NCBI RefSeq assembly: GCF_006345805.1
Contig: NC_043018.1
Span: 16,616,001-16,680,000 of the forward strand
DNA: 64,000 nt
DNA from: Octopus sinensis
Taxonomy: Eukaryota
Direction of reading: 5' to 3'
The position numbers and the translations under genes are program-made. The notes below the pieces were generated by a model. That model had not been told where the DNA came from, ran no database searches, and was given only the letters and a program-made list of their open reading frames with translations. Below, piece by piece: positions 50,386 to 63,720 of the stretch; position 1 is the first letter of the stretch, and the number at the start of each line of letters is the position of its first letter.

Positions 50386-51104
50386 CAACATCGCAAACAC
50401 ACCACAACCACAACTACGTGCAAAACTAGAACGAAAAGCGTCACAATACAAACATCAACATAACAACAGCATGCAACACCACAAGAGCAACAACAACATT
50501 CTTGCCGGTAGTAATTATGGTAATGGTGGCAATGACATTGTTATAATAAATTTGAGGAGGAGGGAGAGGAGGAAGGTTGGGAGGGAGGAGGAGGAGGGGA
50601 GGTTTGGGAGGAGGAGAGGTTTGGGAGGAGGAGAAGGAGAAGGAGAAGGAAGAGGATAATGATTATGAGGATGAGACTATAGCTACCAAAGAAGCTTTTG
50701 TCATTTTCTAAAGTGAATGTTTGTATGTGTATATATAAAGGAATTTGTCCTCTGTCCATGCGTAATTATGTATGCGTATATGTATGTCTGTGTATATGTT
50801 AAAGAGAGTATTCCTTCGAGGGTTAAAGCGAACTTACTTCAGTATAGTACTTACTTACTATACTGAAAAGAAAAGTAAAATTTTAATCACTTTAATCTCG
50901 AAACGCGTATATAGTTAATCCTGGTCGTGTTGATTCATTGTTTTTCTCATTGCTTTCGTAAAAAAAGTATGTTACCGTCATGGAGATCCTTAAAGTAGCA
51001 GAAAAGGAATTTTAACTCCTATTTCTAAATTTGGTATGCGGTGAACCAATTAGCTGAACCCTAATTATAATTATACATATTTCACACACACACACACACA
51101 CACA

Positions 51105-51217
51105 AACACACACATAACCACATGAACACACGCACTGACCATAATCTATGAGGACAAACACCACAATCCCACATCTCTTGCAGCGCCTCTTCTGGCGACT
51201 CTTCCGGCTCGCATAAC
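51105..51217 (-). mobile_element. Interspersed repeat G, copy 2
   Basis: Includes a 55-bp stretch identical in reverse complement to 49488-49542. Confidence 0.8.
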
Positions 51218-51390
51218 ACACACACATATATATATATATAAAACAGTAGGTATTTAAATTCAAAATAAAAATATATATATATATATCTGATGAAACTACA
51301 GGAGTAGTTGAAAGCGCTAACATGAAGAAATAATGTGATATGTAAATAAAGATATATTTTTACAACCATCCCCCATCTGAACACTTTTTC

Positions 51391-51431
<41 letters not shown>

Positions 51432-52025
51432 TACGTGTATATACAAACAAGCATCACACACACACATACATGTACACACACTCTCTCCTCTCTCTGACAC
51501 ACACAAGTATGTATATGTGTATTTGTTGTATTCTCTCAATGAGAAGGACATCTGGGTGTGCAGGTCTTTAATCGACAAAAACCAACGATCGACGCGGTCG
51601 TGTATGACACACACAAATGAACTCTGAACGTAATTATCAAATGCGGTCAATGAGACAATACGGCCAGGCCGCACTTATTAGGTTCATAAGGAAACCATAA
51701 GTGCGGCCTTCACCCCCTCCCTAGTCTTCAGTTTCCTTCACTCTGGTTGCTCTGAGAGCATTATACACAAATACATAAAATATTATGTTGTGAATCGAAC
51801 TCGGAATCTCATAGTTGCAAAGCGACCAACCTGACAGCTGGCTTATGCTTTATCGGGACTCATACACAAACGCGCGCGCACACACACACATACGCACACG
51901 TACACACACACACACACACACATGCACCTACACACACACAATACATAGACACGTCCACAGGTGTATGTATTACTCAACTATATAATATGTGAAGTACGTA
52001 CGTATGTATATATGTGTGTATTATA

Positions 52026-52096
<71 letters not shown>

Positions 52097-52396
52097 TTTG
52101 AAATCACTCACTACCTCCCTTATTAGAATCTCCTGAAAATAAACCACGATAACTCCATGCAATATAAAACATAACGTCACAAGAAATTTGAAAAGCTACA
52201 CGCGAAACCGGTATTTCTTTAAAAATTATGAAATTATGTCATTTTAAGGAAAGGAAAAAATTTTCCCAATATTCTCCAGACATTTTGACACAAATATATA
52301 TATTTTTTAACATTTAAGCCTTCTGTCGTTTTTTCACACTCTTTACTATTTTCTTATATATTCACCCACGTGCTTTACCAAACAAACTTTCTTATC

Positions 52397-52510
<114 letters not shown>

Positions 52511-52565
52511 TACATACATATGAATATATATAATATATATGTGTGTGTGTATATATAATATGTAC

Positions 52566-52970
52566 ATAGGCGCAGGAGTGGCTGTGTGGTAAGTAGCATG
52601 CTTACCAACCACATGGTTCCGGGTTCAATCCCATTGCGTGGCATCTTGGGCAAGTGTCTTCTGCTATAGCCCCGGGCCGACCAATGCCTTGTGAGTGGAT
52701 TTGGTAGACGGAAACTGAAAGAAGCCTGTCGTATATATGTATATATATGTATGTGTGTGTGTGTTTGTGTGTCTGTGTTTGTCCCCCTAGCATTGCTTGA
52801 CGACCGATGCTGTTGTGTTTATGTCCCCGTCACTTAGCGGTTCGGCAAAAGAGACCGATAGAATAAGTACTGGGCTTCCAAAGAATAAGTCCCGGGGTCA
52901 ATTTGCTCGACTAAAGGCGTTGCTCCAGCATGGCCGCAGTCAAATGACTGAAACAAGTAAAAGAGAAAAG
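52566..52970 (+). mobile_element. SINE family D, full-length
   Basis: A box TGGCTGTGTGG, B box GGTTCAATCC, CORE-like CTTGGGCAAGTGTCTT, internal (TA)/(TG) microsatellite, tail ...gaaacaagtaaaagag. Confidence 0.93.
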
Positions 52971-53843
52971 AGAAAGTGAGAGATATATAAAGAGGAAGGA
53001 GAAATGGTGGAGAGAAAGAGAGCGAGAGAGACAGGAGTGAGGCAAACAGAATCGTTATTGCTGCGCGACTACAATAAAATTCCTATATGTGTTTAACCGT
53101 GTTGAATGCTTGAATGTGGACAATAGCGTTGGTGTTTTTGGCTGCACCTAAAATTACCGACCGCCCGTCGGGCTAAAAATACTGAAAATATATTGAAAAT
53201 AAATACGTAACCTTCAGAGCTAATTGCACACACACACGCAGACACATTCTACACTCACATATCAATGCAGTTTATTTCTGTTTATCGAAAATTCGCCCGT
53301 AGCACATCGTGTATTTATCGGTAGGAAGCTGAAACTGGCACCTTACAGAATGCAGATATTTCTGAAGAAATTCTTATAGAATTTGAAAATTCGATAGAAC
53401 AGTGTTGTGCTGTTTGATATGCCAATAAATATCTGTACCGTTTACCTAAATATAACCAGTTGACTGGAGGGCGAAACAGATATATTCCTTGCATATTCAA
53501 AGGATATTGATTGCTTAAATTTTATTACTGGTATATTATACACATGCCATTATACTCACACACACACACCACACACACACACACACACCACACACACACA
53601 CACACACACACGCACGAACACACAAATGTGTGTAGTTTCATTAAGTAGGTTCATGTCAGATAAGGCATACATGACTCCAAAAACCTAAGGCCTCCACTTT
53701 CTCCGCAGATGAAACGAGGTGTCAGAAGATGTGGCCCCCACCGAGCAGAAGAACCTGCCATCATGCCAAAATCGCTGTGCAGAATATTTCCATCACTCTA
53801 ATGGGATATGCTAATAGCGTTGTCTATTTGATTTATATATATA

Positions 53844-54235
53844 CTAGCAGTATCGCCCGGCGTTGCTCGGGTTTGTAAGAGAAATAACTATATAAGCATT
53901 TTTAGAGATGTAAAGTATAATAGCCATCTCAATATGGCTAACCACAAAGGGGGGTGTTACTGTAGCTTTTTACGTTCTGAGATCTAATAATACATTTTTA
54001 CAGAGTTACTTCCCTTATATAATAGCAAAAAATGCATTAAAAATGGGAAAACATTATGGTAATTTTTTTTTAAATCGTAGACTCATCGTAGACGCGCACT
54101 AATACCCAGAAGTGCTCGATATGAATCAGGACTATAAGATACCCGCTTTTGGTTACACTGCACCGCAAAATGTGGGAGTAGTTAGGAATCTAAATTGTAG
54201 GAGACAGACACACAACTTGACTTTTATATATAAAG

Positions 54236-54236
<1 letters not shown>
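53844..54236 (-). mobile_element. Non-autonomous Helitron inserted in (TA)n
   Basis: a|ctagcagtatcgcccggcgttgctcggg ... ttttatatataaaga|t; same subtype as 6115-6508. Confidence 0.88.
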
Positions 54237-54270
<34 letters not shown>

Positions 54271-54408
54271 ATATATATACACTGATGTTCGTTGAATTTT
54301 CTCTGGAGAACATTCTTTCTTTGTAGTTAGATCGTTTGTGGTCTTCTTCTAGCATATGGTTATCCACCTAGTGGTGTTTAGCCCTAAATATACATACATA
54401 CATACATA

Positions 54409-54454
<46 letters not shown>

Positions 54455-56355
54455 ATATAATATATATATTATATATATATTTTATAATATACATATACAT
54501 ACATACACATATATATTACATAATATATACACACACATATATATATATATGTATATATGTATATATACATACACACATATACACAAACACACACACATAT
54601 ACACATATATACATAGATATATATATCGCAAGTTACTATTTTTCAATTTCATCGCGCTTTCTCCTGCCAACTTTTCCACCTCCACCGTCTCCGATGTTCT
54701 GCCTTGCGCTGCTTCCAGTCAGACGAAGAGTGCCAGATTGGCCAAATAATCTGGGGTTTGGCAAGATTATGTGAAACGGCAGCGCAACAGAATTTGCTTT
54801 TATTTGCCTTCTTTCTACACAGCCAAACCATTTCGGTTGTTTCCGTCTTATTGCATCGCAAACATTGTTATGTCATATTAAATACTGTTCCTACGCCGGG
54901 TATTTGAAGCGGAAACCAAAGTAACAAAAAAAAATTAAAACCACATGCACACGCACAAACACTCATAAAACACACGTACATACACACACCCCGCGTGCAT
55001 ATGAAATACACTCGTTTACCAAAGGATTCGAGCCAATGTAATGTTTGTTTTTTATGTAAACACTTGCTTCGATGCAGAAACATTATCGTCATTCATACCA
55101 CGTATAATGTTATTTTAAGCTTGATGAAAACGACGACGGCGACGACAATTCACCATCACCACCGCCGCCACTATGATGACGGCCATCATCATCATCATCA
55201 TCGTAATGGTGTCGTTATTATGCTTTAGGTGTTTTATTTATTGATTTCAGTAAATTTCGTAGGGAAACCCACTGAATAGAATTGAGAATATGGAAGACAT
55301 ATTGTTATCGCCATAATCAAGGCCATCGATCAATATCATCATTGTTACTGTTTGAAGTATTAACATCACCGTTTTCTACTTCATGATGATGATGATGATG
55401 ATGAAGATGACGATGACGTTGATGATAGTAATGGCGTCAACGACGATGATTTATTTTATTATAACAAATAAATAAATGCAGCGAAAATAAACACTTTACC
55501 AATGCTTTCTATTGTAAAAATCACTCGTTATCGATTACACTTCAGGTCTTTTAATCTGCTTCCGCTTCAATATTTAAATTTATTTTTTTGCGTGTTAACG
55601 TCATTAAACATCAGCCCCCCCCCCACCACCACCACCACCACCACCATCATGAGATCAGTCTCACCTCATCTAATAACATCGGTACCAGCATACTCATAAC
55701 AACTACCACCACCACCACCACTACAGCCAAACACCAGCATGCAACTCTCTCTGTTAGCACCTCACTACCTTCGCTACCACCACCACCACCACCATCACAA
55801 GTATTGTTATCGCCATCTTACAAGCACAATCATTCAAAGAGTGAAGGAGAGGGTGGCAGACGGAGAGTGAGTGGACATACTAAAGGGGAGAAGGTAAACT
55901 AAAATAAGAAAGACCTGTTAGAGATAGAGAGATAGAGCAACAGAGAGAGAAGGAGGAGATGGAGGGAGTTTGAGAGAGAGATTAAGAAAACACTCGGGTA
56001 TCTATTTGCCTCTCTATCCGTATCAATCGGATAGAGATTATATACATGCGTGTATAGCGACAGAGATAGAGAGAGGGAGAGAGGGAGAGAGACTGTAGAG
56101 AAGAGTGATTAAAAAACAGAGGTAGAAATATACAACACAATTTTCTAGGCTTCCGTTTTTAATTCATTTGTGTGAGATTTCAGGAAGTGTGTGCTATGAG
56201 CAAAATTGGTATATATGCATGTTCTCTGTGGAACAAGCCCGTTGTAGTTCAGACTTCCGTCGCTAGAAGCCGCTTGATACGACCCTAAGGCATCAGTCTG
56301 CCGACCGGTTTCATCCAGTGTTGATCTACTCCACGTAATGCGTCTCGTTTTTACG

Positions 56356-56866
56356 ATGGCTGAGACGATGGAATAGAGTGCTTCCGTGAAATTCTGTTTC
56401 CTGCTGGTAAAAACGGTGGCCGAAATAGTTGTCATGCTTCAAACAGGTTACAAGGAGGCTGTCAGGTGCAAAACACAAGTTTACATGTGGTTTTCACGCT
56501 TTAGGAATAGTCCCTTATCATTCGAATACCAACCTCTTTCAAAGCGACCGTTGACCTCCCGAACGAAGGAAAACATCATGAAAATTCCTGAACTGATCTT
56601 GGAGGACCTTCGCCGAACAATTGACGAACTTCTTCATATAACAGGTGTGTCTTGGAGCTCCTCTCAATGAATTTTAAATGAGAAATTGCGAATGAAAATA
56701 GTTGTTGGAAAATTTGTGCCTCGCTTGCTCACGGAAGAAAAAAGCAGTCACTTGAATTCACTTGTCGTGAACTGAAAGAACATTTGAAAATGAAACCGGA
56801 TCTTTTTTCGAAGGTCGTCGCTGGTGACGAAAGTTGGTGCTACTACTACGACCCGAAAACAAGCCA
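56356..56866 (+). mobile_element. Mariner transposase N-terminal relic (copy 1)
   Basis: MAETME*SASVKFCFLL...TQVYMWFSRFRN...KRPLTSRT...RRTIDEL...KFVPRLLT...KVVAGDESWCYYYDP (WVPRLL-like motif and first catalytic D). Confidence 0.88.
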
Positions 56867-57116
56867 GCTGACTTCCCAAGTTTACTGAGAAATTTCACGT
56901 TGGCTCTTTGTTCCAACTTCCTGTCCATGACAAAATTGCAAACTACGGTATATATGTGATCACAAGAACACAAATTTCACAGCTTCCGAAGTAAACACAG
57001 CAATGTCACTCGGCACACTACCCCATGAAAGTCTCACTGTCATTCCCCATGCAACCGTGTGTTGCCATCTGTTGGCGCGCCACAGAAATAGTCCGGGACT
57101 TTTTGTTACCACCTCG
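56867..57116 (-). mobile_element. Mariner 5' fragment (copy 2)
   Basis: TA|CGAGGTGGTAACAAAAAGTCCCGGAC TIR; MDRKLEQRANVKFLSKLGKSA, then truncated. Confidence 0.82.
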
Positions 57117-57118
57117 TA

Positions 57119-57505
57119 CACGACGGTCCTCCATGACTATTCGCCAAACCTTCTCGATCGGCTCCTCGTTTCGTCTTGTGGTTGGCCTGTCTAAGCGTGC
57201 CTCGCTTTCCACTGAGATGTGGCCATTTCTTGAAGCGGCGATTTACTACTCCTTGATCTGAATTTTCCTCATGGCATCATCACCAAAGGTCTGCTGAATC
57301 TTCTCTCGTTTTTGAGCTTCAGTATCACCTACACTACATCTGTGTTCTCTCGGCGTAGCAACAGGGAACAGACGCGGCCTTCCGGCGTGAATAGTTTCAT
57401 ACACACGCAGAAAGTGTGGCGTCACCTCCTATTCAAAGGATTTTATCCACGCGGCATTAAATTTGGCGGGGAAATTAAAGCCGGACGCTTTTTGAACGCA
57501 CCTCA
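57119..57505 (-). mobile_element. Mariner 5' fragment (copy 3)
   Basis: TA|TGAGGTGCGTTCAAAAAGCGTCCGG TIR; ...IQQTFGDDAM...SVESEARLDRPTTRRNEEPIEKVWRIVMEDRRV. Confidence 0.82.
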
Positions 57506-58325
57506 TATACATATATGTGTGTGTATGTATATATATATATGCAAGCATGTATGTACATGCTGGCACATTGAGAATACTGTGGTTGTCTACGTGGCCAGCA
57601 ATGTTTCCTTATTTGCCAATAGTGAGACAACAGAAAGAGAAAAAAGAAATGATTCAGTGTAAGAAAAAGAGGCGAAGAAAGAAAGGGAGAGGAAAAGAGG
57701 AAAAGCAAATGATTTGAGAAAAAGAGAATAGAAAGATAGAACAATGAAAAAAATCAATAACGAAGAGGAATAATTATTCATTGAATTTTCTGTTTCGAAA
57801 GAAATCTTTGCGTGTTTGAGCGAAACTTGACTCTGGAAGACTGATTCCCTATTTATCAAGTTTTAGACGAGTTTGCTTTTCTGTTCGTGCAAATGTTACG
57901 TCAGGTAATAAATTTATTTTATTGGGTTTTGTTTTCCGCAAGTAAAGTATCAGGGAAATAAGATATCGTTGATACAGCTGCCTTCTTTATTTATTTAATT
58001 ATTTTGATAGTTTCTGTCGGAGCCAAAGCTGTTATATACTTTACTATGCCATCAAAAAAATATTCACATTAAAGACAACTAGTTAGATTCGTATGGAGAA
58101 AATTATCCTGTAATCATTTTGAAACGTTGCATCGATAAAGTCTTTATCAGTTGCACCTTCACGTACAGGATTTCCAAACACCGGTTGTCAAGTAGAATTT
58201 GCAGTACTTGTCAGTTTTACTACAAATAATTTGAAGATATTTTTATTCGGTGTCATTGAAGCCAGAGGAAATACGGTGGTGAACAAGTATGAGCTGAATG
58301 AATTTAAAGAAGGACGGAACGTTTT

Positions 58326-58781
58326 AAACCTGCTAACTATCGCCTGAGCCTAGCTTTGATGGCAAATCTTACCATAGTAGTAATAGATGGATTCTAGGCT
58401 AAAGTGTTTGTACAGCCTGCATTTCTCTTTACAGTCACAAGAGCCATTTAAGATATTGAGCAATCTTTGATTGCTCCACTTCTCACAGTAATAATACGAA
58501 GCTTTGATATTTATTTCGACTTTTATTACAGAATTTAAAAGAGGAGAAATTTTGCAAACCTGCTAACGATCGCCTGAGCCTAGCTTTGATGGCAAATCTT
58601 ACCATAGTAGTAATAGATGAATTCTAGGCTAAAGTGTTTGTACAGCCTGCATTTCTCTTTACAATCACAAGAGCCATTTAAGATATTGAGCAATCTATGA
58701 TTGCTCCACTTCTCACAGTAATAATACGAAGCTTTGGTATTTATTTCGAGTTTTATTACAGAATAAAAAAGGAGAAATTTT
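58326..58781. repeat. 230-bp tandem duplication (2 copies)
   Basis: Units start at 58326 and 58556; only a handful of substitutions. Confidence 0.96.
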
Positions 58782-59998
58782 CTCCTTGAAGGTGACATTC
58801 TACTAACTGTTGAGACATTCATAGGATGCAAAAAAGAAATTACAAGTATTCTACCATATTTTAAGTTTAAATGAATTGAGCCAAGGTCTGAAGTGACAGT
58901 GTATATATTCGACTCAGTTGCTTAAGTTAATCAACCTAGAGGTCAGGGTTCAAAATCCCTCACGGCAACTGAGTTATGCCAGCTTTTAAATATTCTAGTT
59001 TATCGGGTGTCATGAAGTAGGAAAAGCTTGTCGAAGCAACGATCGATTGCATGGTAAAACAGAAAACTTTCTTGCTAGTTGGGATTCTAAACTGATTACT
59101 GCTGCTGCTGCTGGGTCTTGTAGTTTATAGCTTAAAGAAGGATCGACTCACATCGAGCTTTCTTAACCTTGGTCCACCATATGAAGATGAAGTTTCATAC
59201 TGAGCCAATGCGGGAGTCTTTATGCTGTTCGTTAACTTTCGAGTAGCCCCAACGAAATACCCTTCAGAACACAACCTATTTGTCTTTACAAAGAGGATTC
59301 ATTAAGGAATATATTCCGAGATAAACTGTGCTTAAAAATAAAGAAAATTCTGGACTATTTTTATGATAGGTCGCTTAATCAGGGGTTGTCCAAGGGCTGA
59401 ACAACAACAGTGTAAAGAAACAACTGATGCACTCTGCTGCAGCCAATACGATAAGCTCCAGTTGTACACTTACATACATGGTTGTAAAGAGAACGTGTTC
59501 CATTCTCCGCTGGTCTTGATGATGGCCATTCAAAAGTTTGATCAACGATTGTCTGATTCATTAAATTAGCAAGTAAATGGCCGAGTATTCCGTTTTATTA
59601 GTCGCGTGAATAGGAAATAACATGACAAAATTTGAACCTTAGCATTTAAGTACCTTTGGATTCCAGGTAGTGCAACGCAGTCTCGCGTGGGTTTAGTCAC
59701 TTTACGTAGAATAGTGTAACATGACCTTCAATTAGGTAATGCTGTTGTTTGTATGAAACACTAGAGCAGAGAAGTGCACGAAATTGTTTGACTAACTACA
59801 TTTGTGGATCGATTTGGAGTGAACTGGGACTAAAAGACATTTCACCCCTCAGATCGGCCCCAGTATTTCCTTGACAAACGATCTGATGTTTAGTTGAACT
59901 CGATCTCTGTTCGAATTTGTTTCTTTCGGTTACTGTTGTCATTTTTAATTAACCAGTAACCAGGCATCGGACCCGATCGGACCATTAGAGTCCAATCA

Positions 59999-60157
59999 TT
60001 TACTTATTTAATTTTTCTGAAATTTTCGTTGCATCTTGCAGCTTCTTCAATAATCATTGGCTCTGTCCATTATCAGAGCTGCTCTGATAACTGACAGAGT
60101 CAACGACTGTTGAAGAATTTGCAAGACGCAACGAAAATCTCAGAAAAAATAAGTAAA
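59999..60157. repeat. 159-bp palindrome with a 1-nt centre
   Basis: Arms 59999-60079 and 60081-60157; centre ttatcagagc-t-gctctgataa; mismatches mostly transitions. Confidence 0.95.
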
Positions 60158-60452
60158 GTCCGTTTATTCCTGGTCACTGCTTAATGGTGATATTAGGTTT
60201 ATTCTGATCTGGCCGTCTGCGAGCAATTAGTCACTGATGTTGACTGTTCCCAGACAAAGCTTTAGAATCTGACCAGGGTTGCCGCAGAAACAAGTCCCCG
60301 AGTCCGGTAGGTGGAGACACTGAGCAGATATGGTCTTTTACTCCGTTTCCCATAAGCGAGGGCTCTTTTTCTTTTTCTTTACGGTGAAATGCTGTGGATT
60401 TGCCTGTTGAAAATATATCATGTCACAAATATATTTCAATTAACCGAAAGTT

Positions 60453-60497
<45 letters not shown>

Positions 60498-60903
60498 ACA
60501 TATATATATGTACATGTGCGTATGAACGCGCACGTTTGTGTGTGTGTGTGTGTGTGTTTTGAATAGCAGTTGGCTCGAGTTCACATTACTTACACATCTT
60601 ACAGGCAAACAAATGCCTTCTTCCTTACATGCAGAGGATAAAACAATCTAAAATTGGTTTCAATTAAGAATATGTGGGTCTCCATTGCTGCGTTCAGGTC
60701 ACGTGAATGCTTTGAGAAGTCAGCGACATCAATTGATTCCATTTATACTCTTGGTTTGTTTATTATATAGACGTTGTGTGTGCACGTGTGTCTGTGTTTG
60801 AGTGTGTGTGTGTGTATGTGTGTGTGTGTGTTTGTGTACGTGCACATATAGGTAAAAAGTATGTACTTAACCTTATACATACGCACATATATACACACAT
60901 ACA

Positions 60904-60937
<34 letters not shown>

Positions 60938-61524
60938 CATACATACATATCAACATAAATATATAAAAGTTTAATTCAAATCAGTTTGAAAAGATGAATA
61001 AATAATATCTACAAGAAAAGAAAAAAATGTGGTTTTGATTTAATTTGTATTTAAAAATATTCTTCAACGTGCAGAATATTTGGGAAATTTCTAAAGAGCG
61101 AACTATAATGGATATGAATGGGGTTGGAGGCAAATAAGGTGATGGTGGAGGAGAGAGAGGATAACTGACATATATATTTTGTGAGTGGTTATGATTGATG
61201 TTGAAGATGTTGGGAAGGTCGAATAGAAATAGAACAGGAGTTTTCGATATCAATGAATACCAATCAATTGCTGTCGTTTTGGCGCGTATTATACAGGTTA
61301 CTAGGTCAGTGCTTTTGTGTCTCTTTATGATTGATATCGAACAATTATCAATTGGGCGATGAATTGTGTTCTGTATCTAGATAAGTGTCTTTATCTACAC
61401 ACAGATATTTAGGGAGTAAGGAGGGGTAGAGAGGGAAAGTGTGGGTAGAGCGGGTAGAGTTTGGGAGAAGAACGGTCGAGGTACACGCAATCATAGGATG
61501 AAGTACACACACACACAAGCGTAT

Positions 61525-61852
61525 TTAGAGAGAAGAGAGAGAGAAGAGAGAGGGAGAAGAGAGAGAGGAGCGAGAGGAGAGAGAAGAGAGAGAGAGAGAG
61601 AAGGGAGAGAGAGGAGAAGAGAGAGAGGAGCGAGAGGAGAGAGAAGAGAGAGAAGAGAGAGGGAGGAGAGAGAGAAGGGAGAGGAAGACAGAAGAAAAGG
61701 GAAGAGGAGAGAGAGAGGAGAGAGAGAGGGAGAAGAGAGAGAAGATAGAGAGGGAGAAGAGACAGAGGAGAGAGAGGAGAGAGAGGGAGAAGAAAGAGAG
61801 GAGAGAGAGAGAGAGAAGAGAGATAGAGAAGAGAGAGATACAGAAGAGAGAT
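61525..61852. repeat. (GA)-rich polypurine tract
   Basis: Direct reading; bracketed by a 25-bp direct repeat. Confidence 0.93.
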
Positions 61853-62779
61853 GAAAAGAGTGGTTGAGATACACGCAATCATAGGAAGATACACACACAC
61901 ATACACTCTCTGGTCAGTGACACTGAGTCTTTTGAGCGTCGGTCAGAATGGTTTGCGCTATGCGTTCCGGCTCTGTGCTCTGAGGTCAAATCGTTTGCAA
62001 GTGTTCTTCTCTTCGACTTTTATTACATTATTTTTGTGTCGATAAATATTATAAACCAACAAAAATTTATTCATTTACTAAATAACACGCTCTGGAAGAA
62101 TTCAGCTGTATCCAAAACAATTTCATAGATTCTATTTTCTACAGCTGGGTAACATGTCAAATGATCAAAAATATTGTCAGTCACACAAGTAATTTGACTT
62201 TTTGATCTGGCATCAATATCAACCGTCTCAGAAAACACCCCTTTCTTTCTTCCTTTTCTTTTCTCCATTTCTAACTAAGCCTCTCAAAACTCACCCCACC
62301 CACACACATATAAATACCTATATTCGCACGCATATAGATTCAAAATAATGAAGAACATCGCAACTAGTCCCAAAAGAGTCTCTACCCAGTTCAACACCAG
62401 ATTTTTTCAACTATTTCTTATATACATACATATATATATATATTTATATTATATAGAGGGTACTATTATTCATAGGTACCGCACGCTAGGAGGGACTCTT
62501 GCAGTCAAAACTACTAAATAAACAATTGTACCGAATGCAAAACTTCAAAGCAAGTCATTAAAAACAGAATTTAGTTACATATCACCTGTGATTTCGCAAT
62601 CAATGCAGAATATGCATTCTATGCTCTTCAGTGCAACGAACTCAAGACATGTAAGGAAAAAACACAATATAGCATACCCGACAGCCAACCGTAAAATTCG
62701 TCGTAGCATGTACGAATGTTATCTTTACATATCTATGAAAATGGCGGGCTTATTCGCAATGCATTTCGGCAACAAATAT

Positions 62780-62836
<57 letters not shown>

Positions 62837-62884
62837 TGGACTCTCCTGGCGTTAGACGACGCATGAGGGATCGGCAATTTCTTA

Positions 62885-63137
62885 TCGAAAAACCATACAG
62901 ATTATTTGTTTATAGTGATCAAATGTTTGTGTACATATAAGCTAGTTCCCTCCATCAGATCGACATTACCTGTACAGGTGCACCATGTGCCACATTTCAG
63001 GTGACGAAATGATCGTAGAGCAACGCGAAATGAAGTGCTTTGCTCGAGAACCCAACGCAACACCCGATCTGGGAATCGAACACAAGATCTCGCAATCGTG
63101 AGTACAACACTCTAACCATGAAGCTATGCGCCTTCAC
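62885..63137 (-). mobile_element. tRNA-headed SINE (family H, head related to family E)
   Basis: Minus strand: gaaggcgcatagcttcatggttagagtg...gtgttcgattcccagatcggg...ctcgagcaaagcacttcatttcgcgttgctc (CORE-like). Confidence 0.75.
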
Positions 63138-63239
63138 ACACACACAGACACATACACACAAACACGCACACACATATATGTGTATGTATGCATGTATTTT
63201 CCTCTCTCTTCTCTCTCTCTCCTCCCCCAAAATATATTC

Positions 63240-63720
63240 ACACTTTAAATAATTGTAAAATAGGTGTTTATTAAAATACATTTCATTTTCAAAATTTAAT
63301 AGAATCTTCAGATATTATTTTATTATTTTGTCAACGCCTGTTTTCAAACTAACGTCCGTTCTGGTCCAGGCACTGCTGACAACGCGAAACAATGGAATCG
63401 CAAGCATCTCGAAACAATTCGTTTGGTATTTGTGTACATTCTCATTCAATGGCTGCTCTCAAATCAGTGACTGTTGCAGGCTTCATAGCGTATACTCTGT
63501 GTTTTAGGTATCCCCATAAGAAAGTCTAGAGGTGTGAGATCTGGTGAACGCGGAGGGTATACGACAAAACCTCTTCGTCCAATCCACCGGTTTGGCAAGA
63601 TCTCATCAAGGAGAGATCTAACATCGCGATGGTATTGTGGAGGTGCCCCGTCTTGTTGAAAATAAAAATCTTCATTTTCAAAGTCTTCTCTAATGATCGA
63701 TAAAATAAAGAAAAACAGTG
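63240..63720 (-). mobile_element. Tc1/mariner DD41D (rosa-type) transposase 3' relic
   Basis: FQQDGAPPQYHRDVRSLLDEILPNRWIGRRGFVVYPPRSPDLTPLDF has 41 residues between the QDG Asp and the PLDF Asp; continues frameshifted to ...SIVSRCQQCLDQNGR*FEN. Confidence 0.85.

Noticed and set aside
53709-53830. Acceptor-like ccactttctccgcag plus short open frames (similar at ~54830)
   Set aside because: No convincing donor or recognisable peptide; such signals are common by chance.
58913-58973. 10-bp inverted repeat around a T-loop-like gggttcaaaatccc
   Set aside because: No proper D or anticodon arms; probably a decayed SINE head.
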